64,000 nt of DNA, taken from an uncultured Thermococci archaeon (GTDB lineage Archaea; Methanobacteriota_B; Thermococci; Methanofastidiosales; B48-G16). Made by a program: the position numbers and the translations under genes. Location of the stretch: positions 32,001 through 96,000 of the forward strand of contig CAZQQT010000008.1 in assembly GCA_964595645.1 (NCBI GenBank), read 5' to 3'. Under the pieces are notes generated by a model that did not search any database, was not told the DNA's origin, and was given only the letters and a program-made list of their open reading frames with translations. This document shows positions 29,375 to 38,988 of this stretch, in pieces; the stretch's first letter is position 1; each line of letters opens with the position of its first letter.

Positions 29375-29763
29375 GTGATAGAGAGGAAAAACTCACGAAG
29401 TTTTCGTATCTGCGGGAACAGCGCGAAGCACTTATAAGACATATCACACTTCTGGAAGAGAAATTGGAAGAGACAAATGTCGCGAAAAAAACGCTAGAAG
29501 CACTGGACAACGCAGGAGAAGGAGAGGTACTGATGCCGATTGGTGGGGGATGTTACGTGGAGGCTGAACTAAAAAAATTGGACAAAGTAATAATCAATAT
29601 TGGTGATGGTGTGTCTAAAGAGGCGTCTGTAGAAGAATCACTCTCTAAACTAGACGAAAACTCTGAAAACATCAATAAATCACTTTCAAACATGAAAGAA
29701 AACCTCTCGAATGTAGAACGGGAGCTTCGAAGTATACAGCGAGAGTTCCAGGAGCAAACGTAG
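29371..29763 (+). CDS. pfdA: Prefoldin alpha subunit
   Basis: Coiled coils flanking EVLMPIGGG..KVIINIGDG. Confidence 0.92.
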   Translation: MSDREEKLTKFSYLREQREALIRHITLLEEKLEETNVAKKTLEALDNAGEGEVLMPIGGGCYVEAELKKLDKVIINIGDGVSKEASVEESLSKLDENSENINKSLSNMKENLSNVERELRSIQREFQEQT

Positions 29764-29764
29764 A

Positions 29765-30649
29765 ATGTTTAACTCCCTAAAAAACAAACTGGACACGTTT
29801 CTCCAGGATGTAAGCCAAAAGACAGTTTCTGAAAAGGATATAGATTCAATTCTTTCTGAGTTAAAGCTCATTTTACTTCAGAGTGATGTATCTCTTAGGG
29901 TAGCCGATGAAATAAAAGAAATAATCAAAGAGGATCTCTCAGGAGAGAAAATAGGGATATTGGACAACAAAGAAGCCTATGTGGAGAAGGCGCTGAAAGA
30001 TGCGATACGAAAGATACTTAGATCGAAAGGCGTCGACCTGATCGAAGAAATAGAAAGAAAGAGTCCTTATGTAATGCTCTTTATAGGCTTTAACGGTACA
30101 GGTAAAACGACGACTATCGCAAAACTTGGACATTTACTGAAGAAAAAGGGATTCTCAGTCTTGTTTTCTGCATCAGATACGTTTAGAGCCGGCTCAATAG
30201 AGCAACTGGAAAAACACGCTGAAAATGTGGGCATCAAAAGTATAAAGCATAAATATGGAGGAGATCCTGCAGCCGTCGCCTTCGATGCAGTGAAGCATGC
30301 GGAAGCACGAAATATTGATGTGGTGATGATAGATACAGCGGGGCGCACTGAAACGAATAAGAATCTCATTGAACAGGTAAAGAAGATAAAGAGAGTGGCC
30401 GATCCCGATCTTACCGTCTTTGTAGGGGATGCGTTAGCAGGAAATTCACTTGTCGATCAGGCAGAAAAGTTTGGAGAGGTGAGTATTGACTGTTCGATCC
30501 TGACGAAAATGGATTCTGATGCCAAAGGAGGAGGAGCACTCTCAATCACATTTGCCACTAAGAAACCGATACTCTACGTCGGGGTAGGCCAGGGGTACGA
30601 GGATCTTGAGGAGTTCGATCCTGAGTGGTTCATAAATAATCTTTTTTAA
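29765..30649 (+). CDS. ftsY: SRP receptor FtsY (short, NG domains)
   Basis: GFNGTGKTTTIAK, DTFRAG, DTAGR, TKMD, GQGYEDL. Confidence 0.95.
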   Translation: MFNSLKNKLDTFLQDVSQKTVSEKDIDSILSELKLILLQSDVSLRVADEIKEIIKEDLSGEKIGILDNKEAYVEKALKDAIRKILRSKGVDLIEEIERKSPYVMLFIGFNGTGKTTTIAKLGHLLKKKGFSVLFSASDTFRAGSIEQLEKHAENVGIKSIKHKYGGDPAAVAFDAVKHAEARNIDVVMIDTAGRTETNKNLIEQVKKIKRVADPDLTVFVGDALAGNSLVDQAEKFGEVSIDCSILTKMDSDAKGGGALSITFATKKPILYVGVGQGYEDLEEFDPEWFINNLF

Positions 30650-30728
30650 ACTTTATAGTTAATAATATCTTTATTTTTCTTTGAGATAATTAGAAAAACT
30701 TAAATATATGAGTTGTGCAAAGTATATC

Positions 30729-31187
30729 ATGTACATGCCGAAGGGCTGGCCCAAGAAAGATCTTGAAGAAAAGGATTTTCAACTATCTCTTACAGAGCTG
30801 AAGAAGAGAAAATTGGGCATCGACGCGAGCTTTTCTGGATATATTCGAGTCTTCGGTGTGAACTCTACGGAGCATCATGATGACTACTACTTTCTCATCG
30901 AACACGGAGCAATTATTGCAGCAGAAAAGGTAGAAATAGAACGAAAGATACGAACGATTGGTGGTGATGTGATTGAAGAAATGGACCATCGTTATAACCA
31001 ATGTGAGATAACGGTGATAAAGTTTGACCTTTCGCAGTTGGAAATCTCAAAGGAGATGAATGAGGAATGCGCACTGAGTACTAAGCTGCCATTCAGAAGT
31101 GATATAGATAGGGAACAGTTGCTCAAAAGAATAAACACAGGACGTATCGATGCAGACAAAATTCTCCATAGACTGAAAAAGAGATAG
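30729..31187 (+). CDS. Hypothetical protein (DUF2226-like)
   Basis: MPKG.., FSGYIRV, EHGAIIAA, REQLLKR; start uncertain (30708-30735). Confidence 0.55.
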   Translation: MYMPKGWPKKDLEEKDFQLSLTELKKRKLGIDASFSGYIRVFGVNSTEHHDDYYFLIEHGAIIAAEKVEIERKIRTIGGDVIEEMDHRYNQCEITVIKFDLSQLEISKEMNEECALSTKLPFRSDIDREQLLKRINTGRIDADKILHRLKKR

Positions 31188-31192
31188 CTCTC

Positions 31193-32098
31193 TTATTGTT
31201 CCTCTCTAAACTCAGGGACGGCTTCTTTGAACGGATCGAAAGTTTCCCAATTCTCTACTACCGTGCAGATCATGGATACCTTTGAGTGGAGTGTGGTGGG
31301 AAGCCGTAGAATTCGTTTTGTATCGATTGTCACCTTGCCATCTGCCAGTTCTGCATTTATTTCTGCCACCTTTTTAATTAGTCGCTTCTTTGTCTTTTTT
31401 CCCACGAAATCCAGAAAATCTGCTCTTCTTTCTTGGATCCGACTGATTATTTCTTCTTTATTATCCAGCAGTTTTTTGCTTCTGACACTATTCATCCGTG
31501 AGAAGGTGAATACAAACATTCTCCGGAAGACCTCGGGGTATCCATGAAGCATGAGAGGATCAGCAGGTACCTTTGATGCCGTCACGTAATCGAACATTTT
31601 ACTCCTGTCCTCGATCTGCAATGCTTCTTCATCTAGTACTCTCACGTGGTACCCCCTTCCAGAGTAAATGAGAAAGATATCCTTCAGAGAAAAACTTGTT
31701 TTCAGCGTGTCGATAATAGTAAGTGCCAGTCGTTTGGCGTCTTCGAGGCACTCCTCACATAGTTCCCCTTGGGCACAGTCGCACTGTCGTACCTTTAAAT
31801 CTTTTGCATCGATATCAAAAACAAGTTCTGCCTTCATCCACTCTTTCCTTTTTTTCGGTTCCTGGTAGTACGAAATAGATGAATATGCTGCGTATGGTGC
31901 CTTTATTTTCATGAATTTTTCAAACTTTTTCATCGTATCAAAGGCTCTATATCTATCATTTGGTCCGTTTCCATCATGATCGAATCCAAACTCACGGTAC
32001 TGTAACGAATCCAGAAGAAAATCTGGGACAGCGTCTATTGACCATTCTTTTTTGTAGAAGGTGTGTCTGTCCCTTAACGTGGCCTCCTTGAAATCCAT
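31193..32098 (-). CDS. priS: DNA primase catalytic (small) subunit
   Basis: REFGFDH, ELVFDIDAKD, YSGRGYH, DGKVTIDTKRILRLP.TLH. Confidence 0.95.
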   Translation of the reverse strand: MDFKEATLRDRHTFYKKEWSIDAVPDFLLDSLQYREFGFDHDGNGPNDRYRAFDTMKKFEKFMKIKAPYAAYSSISYYQEPKKRKEWMKAELVFDIDAKDLKVRQCDCAQGELCEECLEDAKRLALTIIDTLKTSFSLKDIFLIYSGRGYHVRVLDEEALQIEDRSKMFDYVTASKVPADPLMLHGYPEVFRRMFVFTFSRMNSVRSKKLLDNKEEIISRIQERRADFLDFVGKKTKKRLIKKVAEINAELADGKVTIDTKRILRLPTTLHSKVSMICTVVENWETFDPFKEAVPEFREEQ

Positions 32099-32141
32099 AT
32101 ACCTTCTTTATCATGCACTGATAAAAACGTTATGAAGGATG

Positions 32142-32471
32142 TTATTCGATCTGCATCTGCTTTCCCATCCTAGTTGCGTGATAGATAATCCAGTTTCCTT
32201 CTCGTTTCCCTTCGATAAGGTCATTTTTCCTGAGTATTGAGAGGTGGTAGGAGAGCTTGGAATCGGAGATTTTTACTGCCTCTTTGATAAGACACACACA
32301 AAGCGGCTGGAGAATAAGTAGATTTAGTATTTTTAATCTCAGTGGATCTGAGAGGGCGTAGTGGACTGTGCCTTCCTTTTCAATTTCTTCTTCATTCGGT
32401 AATAACTTGAGCATTCCTTCTATTCCGCCTTTTTTCTCTACTTCTTGTTGAATCGGTTCTGGGATCTCCAC
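32142..32471 (-). CDS. arsR: ArsR family metalloregulator
   Basis: ALSDPLRLKIL, LCVC, SKLSYHLSIL, REGNWIIY. Confidence 0.9.
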   Translation of the reverse strand: MEIPEPIQQEVEKKGGIEGMLKLLPNEEEIEKEGTVHYALSDPLRLKILNLLILQPLCVCLIKEAVKISDSKLSYHLSILRKNDLIEGKREGNWIIYHATRMGKQMQIE

Positions 32472-32481
32472 ATTCTCACCT

Positions 32482-32550
32482 GTTTCAAATTATTTTGAAA
32501 CCAAAACCTTTATAAAGGTACCGCTCAAAACATTTCAAAAAGTTTTGAAA
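32482..32550. promoter_or_regulatory. Bidirectional promoter with two probable ArsR operators
   Basis: GTTTCAAA-n4-TTTGAAAC (32482-32501), palindromic TATA ACCTTTATAAAGGT (32506-32519), TTTCAAAA-AG-TTTTGAAA (32533-32550). Confidence 0.8.
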
Positions 32551-32563
32551 CAGATGATCGTGT

Positions 32564-33628
32564 ATGATGGATATTATCTATGAAGTACTAGACAGTGGAA
32601 TTGGAAACGTTGTGGAGTACCTCTCACAGCACGTGCTCACATGTCTCATTCCTGCGTTCTTTATAGCAGGCGCTATTGCTGCTTTCGTGAAGAAAGATGC
32701 CATACTGAATTATTTTGGCCCCGATGTGAAAAAGCGAGTATCGTATCCCATTGCTTCTGTTTCAGGGGCGATTCTGGCTGTGTGTAGCTGCACAATTCTT
32801 CCACTGTTTGCAGGTATCTATAAGAAAGGGAGTGGTATCGGTCCTGCCACCGCATTTCTCTACTCTGGTCCCGCTATTAATATTCTCGCTATTGCCTACA
32901 CCGCTCAAGTACTTGGATACGATCTGGGGTTGGCCCGGGCTGTTTCTGCAGTTGTCATTGCTCTTGTGGTAGGATTTCTCATGTCTAAGCTATTTAGCCC
33001 CCATGACGCAGCACAGTCCAAGAGTGTATCCGCCGCAATTGCGAATGGGGGAGAAAGAAAGAGGCCATTGTGGGCAAGTTTCGGATTTTTTGGGTCATTA
33101 GTGGCGATTTTGATTATTGGAGCATCAAAACTTCCTTGGATCCCCAAACTTGTCGCAGTGTATTTTCTCACCATTGTAGTTGCAGTACTGCTTATCTATT
33201 TTTACAAAAGAGAGGATGTAACTGAGTGGGGATACGAAACATGGAGTCTTACTAAAAAGATATTTCCCATTCTTGTCGGGGGTACCTTTATTGTTGGTAT
33301 TATTGCATATTTTCTACCCCCTGAGTCATTCCAACCATATCTTGGAAATAACTCACTTTCGGCCACTTTTTTGGGCTCAGTCATCGGCGGAATTCTCTAC
33401 ATGCCTACGCTTCTGGAGGTACCTATCATCGGGACTACCTTTGGTTATACCTTGGGGTTGATGGGCGCAGGCCCGGCTCTCAGTTTGCTTCTGGCAGGTC
33501 CCGCACTGAGTCTCCCCAACATGATTGTCATCTATAGGATTGTGGGCGTGAGGAAGGCTACGGCATACATTATCCTAGTGGTATTTTTTTCGACGCTGGC
33601 AGGGGTTGTATATGGAAATATTGCATAA
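32564..33628 (+). CDS. arsP: ArsP/DUF318 family permease
   Basis: HVLTCLIPAFFIAG, AVCSCTILP, FLYSGPAIN, YMPTLLEVP, LLLAGPALSLP. Confidence 0.85.
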   Translation: MMDIIYEVLDSGIGNVVEYLSQHVLTCLIPAFFIAGAIAAFVKKDAILNYFGPDVKKRVSYPIASVSGAILAVCSCTILPLFAGIYKKGSGIGPATAFLYSGPAINILAIAYTAQVLGYDLGLARAVSAVVIALVVGFLMSKLFSPHDAAQSKSVSAAIANGGERKRPLWASFGFFGSLVAILIIGASKLPWIPKLVAVYFLTIVVAVLLIYFYKREDVTEWGYETWSLTKKIFPILVGGTFIVGIIAYFLPPESFQPYLGNNSLSATFLGSVIGGILYMPTLLEVPIIGTTFGYTLGLMGAGPALSLLLAGPALSLPNMIVIYRIVGVRKATAYIILVVFFSTLAGVVYGNIA

Positions 33629-33640
33629 TGGGACGATATA

Positions 33641-34306
33641 ATGAAAGGTATACCGAGAAGAAAGAAAGAAGAAGTAAAAAAGGATGAGAAGGAAAATAAA
33701 GACATAAAAATATACTATTTTTCACTGGCATTACTCCTACTTTTTGGTATCTATATATTCCTTCCGGGTAGTACCATCTTGGAGACTGCCACCGATACAC
33801 CCATAGTTCCAGAATCCACATCTCCAAGCAATACCCACGTCCCGGAATCCACATCTCCAAGCAATACTCCCGTTCCAGAATCCACATCTCCAAGCAATAC
33901 TCCCGTTCCAGAATCCACATCTCCAAGCAATACCCACGTCCCGGAAACCAGTGTCTCTCCTAAAGTAGAGAAGATGAAAATAGTTCTTCTCCACGGAAAT
34001 CATCGGTGCACCTCCTGCATCAATATGGAAAAATGGATAGAAGAAACAATTGAGATGTACTTTCTTGAAGAGCAGAAAAAGGGAAAAATAGAGTTCCTCG
34101 TGTTGAACTACCAGGATCCAGAGAACAAAGAGGTCGTGAGCAGATACAATGAACATCCATGGACCTCAATATATGCAGAAACGATTATTAATGGAGAATC
34201 CCACATCACAGAGATAGAGGATGCGTGGTACTATCAGACCGACAGAGAAAAGTTCATCGATTTCATGAAAGAGTACATACGGGAGGCGATAGGCGATGAT
34301 CAATGA
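33641..34306 (+). CDS. Membrane-anchored thioredoxin-like protein (ArsF family) with Ser/Thr/Pro linker
   Basis: TM segment, repeat linker, HGNHRCTSC. Confidence 0.75.
   Translation: MKGIPRRKKEEVKKDEKENKDIKIYYFSLALLLLFGIYIFLPGSTILETATDTPIVPESTSPSNTHVPESTSPSNTPVPESTSPSNTPVPESTSPSNTHVPETSVSPKVEKMKIVLLHGNHRCTSCINMEKWIEETIEMYFLEEQKKGKIEFLVLNYQDPENKEVVSRYNEHPWTSIYAETIINGESHITEIEDAWYYQTDREKFIDFMKEYIREAIGDDQ
33806..33946 (+). repeat. 33-bp coding tandem repeat, about 4.3 copies (VPESTSPSNT[H/P])
   Basis: Units start at 33806, 33839, 33872 and 33905, with a partial unit at 33938. Confidence 0.95.
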
Positions 34307-35279
34307 ACTTCTCATCATGTTAAAGGAGTATTCTATACTGCTTTCTGTGTTGTTGGGGTTGGCAGCATCATTAAGTCCGTGTACCTTCGCGACAAATGTA
34401 GCTGCCATCTCGTATATAATAGCAAACAACCCTAAAAAGAGTATATTCATTGGAACAGTATTCTCTCTTGGTAGAATCGTGATGTACTCTTTCTTGGGCA
34501 TACTTCTCGTCTATTTTGGGAAGGAAATTGGACAATCACAGTATTTTAACAGTATTTTAGGTATTCTTTTAGTGGCGATAGGATATATGTTTTTAGACAT
34601 CTTCACCGTGAACGTGGATTTTAGTTCTAAGATATCACAGGTAGGATCCAAGTACAAGGACTATGGCGTAATTGGAGCCTTCATTCTGGGGATTTTATTT
34701 GCTCTTGCCTTCTGTCCGTACTCGGGTGCCCTATTCTTTGGGATTTTGATACCTATGAGCATCCAGGCTTCCCTGGGACTGACATACCCGGCGTTGTTTG
34801 GCATCGGCGTGAGTATACCAATACTAGCCGTGTCTTCCATTATTTATTTCGGGGCGTCTGCTAAAATGAGCGTTTTCACAGAAAAATGGACATATCTCTC
34901 AAAAATAATGGGTACAGTCCTCATAATTGTTGGAATATACTATATAAAGATATATATGGGCTATAAAATAGGGTTGTTGGCATTACTCCTATCTATTGGT
35001 GTTCTCAGTTACAAAATTTTACAAACAAAGGTCCATAGAGAACAGAAGATTGAGAGATCTGAAGATACGAAAGACACGCAATCTCAGGAAATCTTTAGAG
35101 AGCTATCTTATCTTACTACACTCGATGAAGAGACCGTGAGCGAGAATTTTGAGGAGTTATTAGGTAGATATATAGAGCTCGAAGAGAGAATTTCCGCTAT
35201 TCAGAATCCCGACATTAAAAAGAAAGCCGAAAGGCAGCTTAAAGAAGTGATTAATATGCTGTATAAGTATGCGAGGTGA
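34296..35279 (+). CDS. CcdA/DsbD-like membrane protein (ArsG family) with C-terminal extension
   Basis: LSPCTFATN and AFCPYSG Cys pair; multiple TMs. Confidence 0.8.
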   Translation: MINELLIMLKEYSILLSVLLGLAASLSPCTFATNVAAISYIIANNPKKSIFIGTVFSLGRIVMYSFLGILLVYFGKEIGQSQYFNSILGILLVAIGYMFLDIFTVNVDFSSKISQVGSKYKDYGVIGAFILGILFALAFCPYSGALFFGILIPMSIQASLGLTYPALFGIGVSIPILAVSSIIYFGASAKMSVFTEKWTYLSKIMGTVLIIVGIYYIKIYMGYKIGLLALLLSIGVLSYKILQTKVHREQKIERSEDTKDTQSQEIFRELSYLTTLDEETVSENFEELLGRYIELEERISAIQNPDIKKKAERQLKEVINMLYKYAR

Positions 35280-35284
35280 TCAAT

Positions 35285-35530
35285 ATGAAAAAGATAGAAA
35301 TTTTAGGAACAGGATGCCCAAAATGTAAAAAAACATTTGAAAACGTAAAAAAAGCTGTAGAAGAAGTAGGAACAGACGCAGAAATAGTGAAGATTGAAGA
35401 TATCAACGAAATCACTGAACGAGGTGTCTTCATGACACCCGCTGTAGTAATAGAAGGAGATACGATAAAAGAGGGCGGCATTGCGAGAAAAGAAGAGATT
35501 AAAACAGCACTCCAAAAACTGAAGGAATAA
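35285..35530 (+). CDS. Small thioredoxin (MTH895/ArsE family)
   Basis: ILGTGCPKC, GVFMTPAVVIEG. Confidence 0.9.
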   Translation: MKKIEILGTGCPKCKKTFENVKKAVEEVGTDAEIVKIEDINEITERGVFMTPAVVIEGDTIKEGGIARKEEIKTALQKLKE

Positions 35531-35538
35531 GGGATTGT

Positions 35539-36594
35539 ATGGCTGATAAGGGAATTGGGTTATTCGAGAAGTACCTTACAGTATGGGTACTTCTATGCAT
35601 GGGGGTGGGAACTGTGATAGGATGGAAGTTTCCTGTGGTGCAGGATGTTTTAAGTAAAGTGGAGTACGCCCATATTTCCATCCCCATCGCTGTGCTCATA
35701 TGGGTCATGATCTACCCCATGATGTTGCAGATAGACTTCTCACGGATAACGGATATCGGGCGGAATCCCCAGGGATTGATCATCACGTGGATTGTGAACT
35801 GGGGAGTCAAACCATTCACCATGTACCTATTCGCGTATTTTTTCCTCGAGATCGTGTTCTCTGAGTTTATCGGTCCACTAAGTCAGGAGTACATTGCAGG
35901 AGCCATTCTCCTAGGCGCAGCCCCCTGTACCGCCATGGTATTTGTCTGGAGCTACTTGGCAAGGGGTGACCCGACATACACGTTAATGCAGGTGGCAACA
36001 AATGATCTCATTATTCTTGTGTTGTTCACCCCTATTGTGGCCTTTTTGATGGGTGTTGGTGACATTGCTGTGCCGTACGACACGCTCTTCCTCTCTGTGG
36101 TTCTTTTCGTCGCTGTTCCCCTTGCATTCGGTTACTGGTCACGAAACTATATGATACGAAAGAAGGGGTCCGAATGGTTTGAGAACACACTTCTTGCACG
36201 ATTGAAAGATATTACGATGGGAGGACTTCTTCTTACGCTCGTGATACTGTTTATCTACCAAGGAGACAAGATTGTGAACAATCCACTACATATTGCATTA
36301 ATTGCCGTACCACTCTCCATTCAGACATTTACCATCTACGGCGTAGGATACTCGATGGCAAAGATTGCGAAGATACCGTATGTCATCGCTGCTCCAGGCG
36401 CGATGATCGGCGCCTCCAACTTCTTCGAACTTGCCGTTGCCGTAGCAGTGAGTCTCTTCGGCCTGCATTCCGGTGCTACTCTCGCTACAGTTGTCGGCGT
36501 ACTTATCGAGGTTCCCATCATGCTCACACTGGTGAAAATATGTCTGAAGACACAGGGGTGGTTTGAAGGATATTCTCTGGAGGGATATCAATGA
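35539..36594 (+). CDS. acr3: Acr3 arsenite efflux transporter
   Basis: FEKYLTVWV, APCTAMVFVW, ASNFFELAVAVA, GVLIEVP. Confidence 0.95.
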   Translation: MADKGIGLFEKYLTVWVLLCMGVGTVIGWKFPVVQDVLSKVEYAHISIPIAVLIWVMIYPMMLQIDFSRITDIGRNPQGLIITWIVNWGVKPFTMYLFAYFFLEIVFSEFIGPLSQEYIAGAILLGAAPCTAMVFVWSYLARGDPTYTLMQVATNDLIILVLFTPIVAFLMGVGDIAVPYDTLFLSVVLFVAVPLAFGYWSRNYMIRKKGSEWFENTLLARLKDITMGGLLLTLVILFIYQGDKIVNNPLHIALIAVPLSIQTFTIYGVGYSMAKIAKIPYVIAAPGAMIGASNFFELAVAVAVSLFGLHSGATLATVVGVLIEVPIMLTLVKICLKTQGWFEGYSLEGYQ

Positions 36595-37043
36595 AAAAAC
36601 AGATAATTCTACTTTTTATTATATTGTTACTTTTCTCAGGATGTACTAATGCACCTGAGGATACAGAGAAAGTTTCAGAGAGTCCAGAGAAAATAAAAAA
36701 TGAAAAGCAAAACGTGAAAATAATTGTGACTCATTTTCACGCACATTATCAATGTCTCTCATGCAAAAACGTTGGAAAATACGCTCTCAAAACAATTCAA
36801 ACGTATTTTGCAGAAGAGTATAAAAAAGGCATTATAGAATATAGGAGTATAGATGGTGAAGACCCGGATAACTACGATATTGTAAAGAAGTACGGAGTGG
36901 ATCATAACTCTATCTATTTGAATGTGATTACCAACGGAGAGGAAAATATTTTCGAAGTGCGGGAAGTATGGCTTTATTGGAATAAAGAGGAAGAATACAT
37001 GGAATTTTTCAAAGGGCTCCTTGAACAACACCTAGACGAGTAA
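36591..37043 (+). CDS. Thioredoxin-like lipoprotein (second ArsF-family protein)
   Basis: Lipobox FSGC; HFHAHYQCLSC; similar to the C-terminal domain of 33641..34306. Confidence 0.75.
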   Translation: MKKQIILLFIILLLFSGCTNAPEDTEKVSESPEKIKNEKQNVKIIVTHFHAHYQCLSCKNVGKYALKTIQTYFAEEYKKGIIEYRSIDGEDPDNYDIVKKYGVDHNSIYLNVITNGEENIFEVREVWLYWNKEEEYMEFFKGLLEQHLDE

Positions 37044-37088
37044 TACTTTGAGGGGAAATTATTTAATTTTCCCAACTATTCTTATTAC

Positions 37089-37511
37089 ATGGACTACGAA
37101 CTTCTCGATCATGAGGCGGATGTAGGAATACGAACGTACGGAGAGACGATAGAAAAGGCGTTTGAAAATGGTGCAAAGGCACTGTTCTCGATCATGGTAG
37201 ATTTGGAAAAGATAGAATCAAAAAGAGCTGTTTCAATTGAGTGTGACGCCGATGAGATAGAGGAACTCTTCGTAGAATGGCTCAATGAACTTCTCGCAGA
37301 AAAGGATCTGGAAGAGATGAGTTTCTCAAAATTTGAGGTGACGATTCACAAAGAGGGAGAAGGCTACCGTCTCGAAGGAAAGGCATGGGGGGAACAGTTC
37401 GATTTCACGAAACATGGGGCAAAACTGGAGGTGAAGGCTGCCACGTACTTTGGGCTGCGAATGGGAAAAAAGAACGATAAGATATTTATAGAATGCGTGG
37501 TAGATGTGTAA
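37089..37511 (+). CDS. Archease
   Basis: LDHEADVGI, EWLNELL, EVKAATY, VDV end; adjacent to rtcB. Confidence 0.93.
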   Translation: MDYELLDHEADVGIRTYGETIEKAFENGAKALFSIMVDLEKIESKRAVSIECDADEIEELFVEWLNELLAEKDLEEMSFSKFEVTIHKEGEGYRLEGKAWGEQFDFTKHGAKLEVKAATYFGLRMGKKNDKIFIECVVDV

Positions 37512-37520
37512 TGTGTGTAG

Positions 37521-38984
37521 GTGAATGCAATGGATCTGCTCAACCTTACAAAAATTACCGATTACGAATGGGAACTTCCGCAGCAAGAGAGCATGCGCGT
37601 ACCGGGTACCATTTACGGGAATAAAAAGATCATCGATCATCTCAAAAAAGATGTTGAGATGGGGAAGGACTGGAACGCCCTGAAGCAGGTAGCCAATGTA
37701 GCGTGTCTTCCCGGAATACAGAAGGCGAGCATCGCATTGAGCGATGTCCACCCGGGCTATGGATTTCCCATCGGCGGTGTTGCTGCCTTCGATCCCGAAG
37801 AAGGTGGAGTCATCACCATGGGGGGTATAGGATTTGATATCAACTGCTCTGTGACGAATCTCACGACATCTCTGAAAGAAGACGATGTCAGAAAAAATGC
37901 GAAAAAGCTCTTGAATGCACTTTATGACACTGTGCCCGCAGGCCTCGGATCAAAGGGAGAGATTACATTGAATGTGTCTGAAATTGATGATGTGCTTAGA
38001 GGCGGTGCTGAGTGGGCACTTGAACAGGGCTACGGCAGAGAAGAGGATCTAGAGCTCATTGAAGAGAATGGAAAGGTCGATGAAGCAGATCCGGAGAATG
38101 TTAGTATAAAAGCGAAAAAACGGCAGTTAAAGGAGATGGGGACACTAGGTTCCGGCAACCACTATGTCGAGGTACAGTACGTGGATGAGATATACGATCC
38201 CAAAGCTGCAGAGGCCTATGGTATCGAGGAGAACAATGTATTGGTCTCCTTCCACTGCGGTTCCCGGGCATTGGGACACCAGATAGGCACGGACTATCTA
38301 AAAAAACTCGGCAAAGTCACGAAAAAGTACGGTATACAGATACGAGACAAAGAACTCGTCTGTGCTCCCATCAACTCTGAAGAAGGGCAGGAGTACTTTT
38401 CCGCGGTTTGTTGTGGAATTAACTGTGCCTTTGCAAACCATCAAGTACTGACAGGATTAGTAAGAAAGGGATTCAAAAGACTCTTCCCCGATGAAAAACT
38501 CCCAAAACTATACTCCATTGGGCACAACACATGTAAGAAAGAGTACCATGAAGTGAACGGAAAGGAAAAACTTCTTTACGTTCATAGAAAGGGAGCTACC
38601 CGAGCCTTTGGACCCGGAAGAAAGGAGATTCCAAAGAAGTACAGGAACGTAGGACAGCCTGTGTTAGTCGGCGGGACGATGGGCACGTGCTCTTACATCC
38701 TTCGAGGTACTCAGAAGGGTATGGATGCGACATTTGGATCGGCAATCCATGGAGCAGGACGAGCGATGAGTAGAAAAAAAGCGAAACAGAAATACTGGGG
38801 AGAAACGGTGGTAAAAAACTTAGAAAACAAAGGAGTGCATGTCAAAGGACATTCAATGGCAGGCGTGGCTGAGGAAGCGCCGGGAGCGTACAAAGATATT
38901 AACAATGTTGTAGAGAGTATTGACAGAGCCGGCGTGGCAAAAAAAGTTGCCAAGGTAAAGCCCATACTCAATGTGAAAGGGTGA
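37521..38984 (+). CDS. rtcB: tRNA-splicing ligase RtcB
   Basis: DVHPGYGFPIGG, GFDINC, GTLGSGNHY, HCGSR, HRKGATR, HGAGR, EEAPGAYK. Confidence 0.96.
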   Translation: MNAMDLLNLTKITDYEWELPQQESMRVPGTIYGNKKIIDHLKKDVEMGKDWNALKQVANVACLPGIQKASIALSDVHPGYGFPIGGVAAFDPEEGGVITMGGIGFDINCSVTNLTTSLKEDDVRKNAKKLLNALYDTVPAGLGSKGEITLNVSEIDDVLRGGAEWALEQGYGREEDLELIEENGKVDEADPENVSIKAKKRQLKEMGTLGSGNHYVEVQYVDEIYDPKAAEAYGIEENNVLVSFHCGSRALGHQIGTDYLKKLGKVTKKYGIQIRDKELVCAPINSEEGQEYFSAVCCGINCAFANHQVLTGLVRKGFKRLFPDEKLPKLYSIGHNTCKKEYHEVNGKEKLLYVHRKGATRAFGPGRKEIPKKYRNVGQPVLVGGTMGTCSYILRGTQKGMDATFGSAIHGAGRAMSRKKAKQKYWGETVVKNLENKGVHVKGHSMAGVAEEAPGAYKDINNVVESIDRAGVAKKVAKVKPILNVKG

Positions 38985-38988
38985 TCAC

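Noticed and set aside
33806-33946. Possible CRISPR array
   Set aside because: Contiguous in-frame coding repeats with no spacers, and no cas genes.
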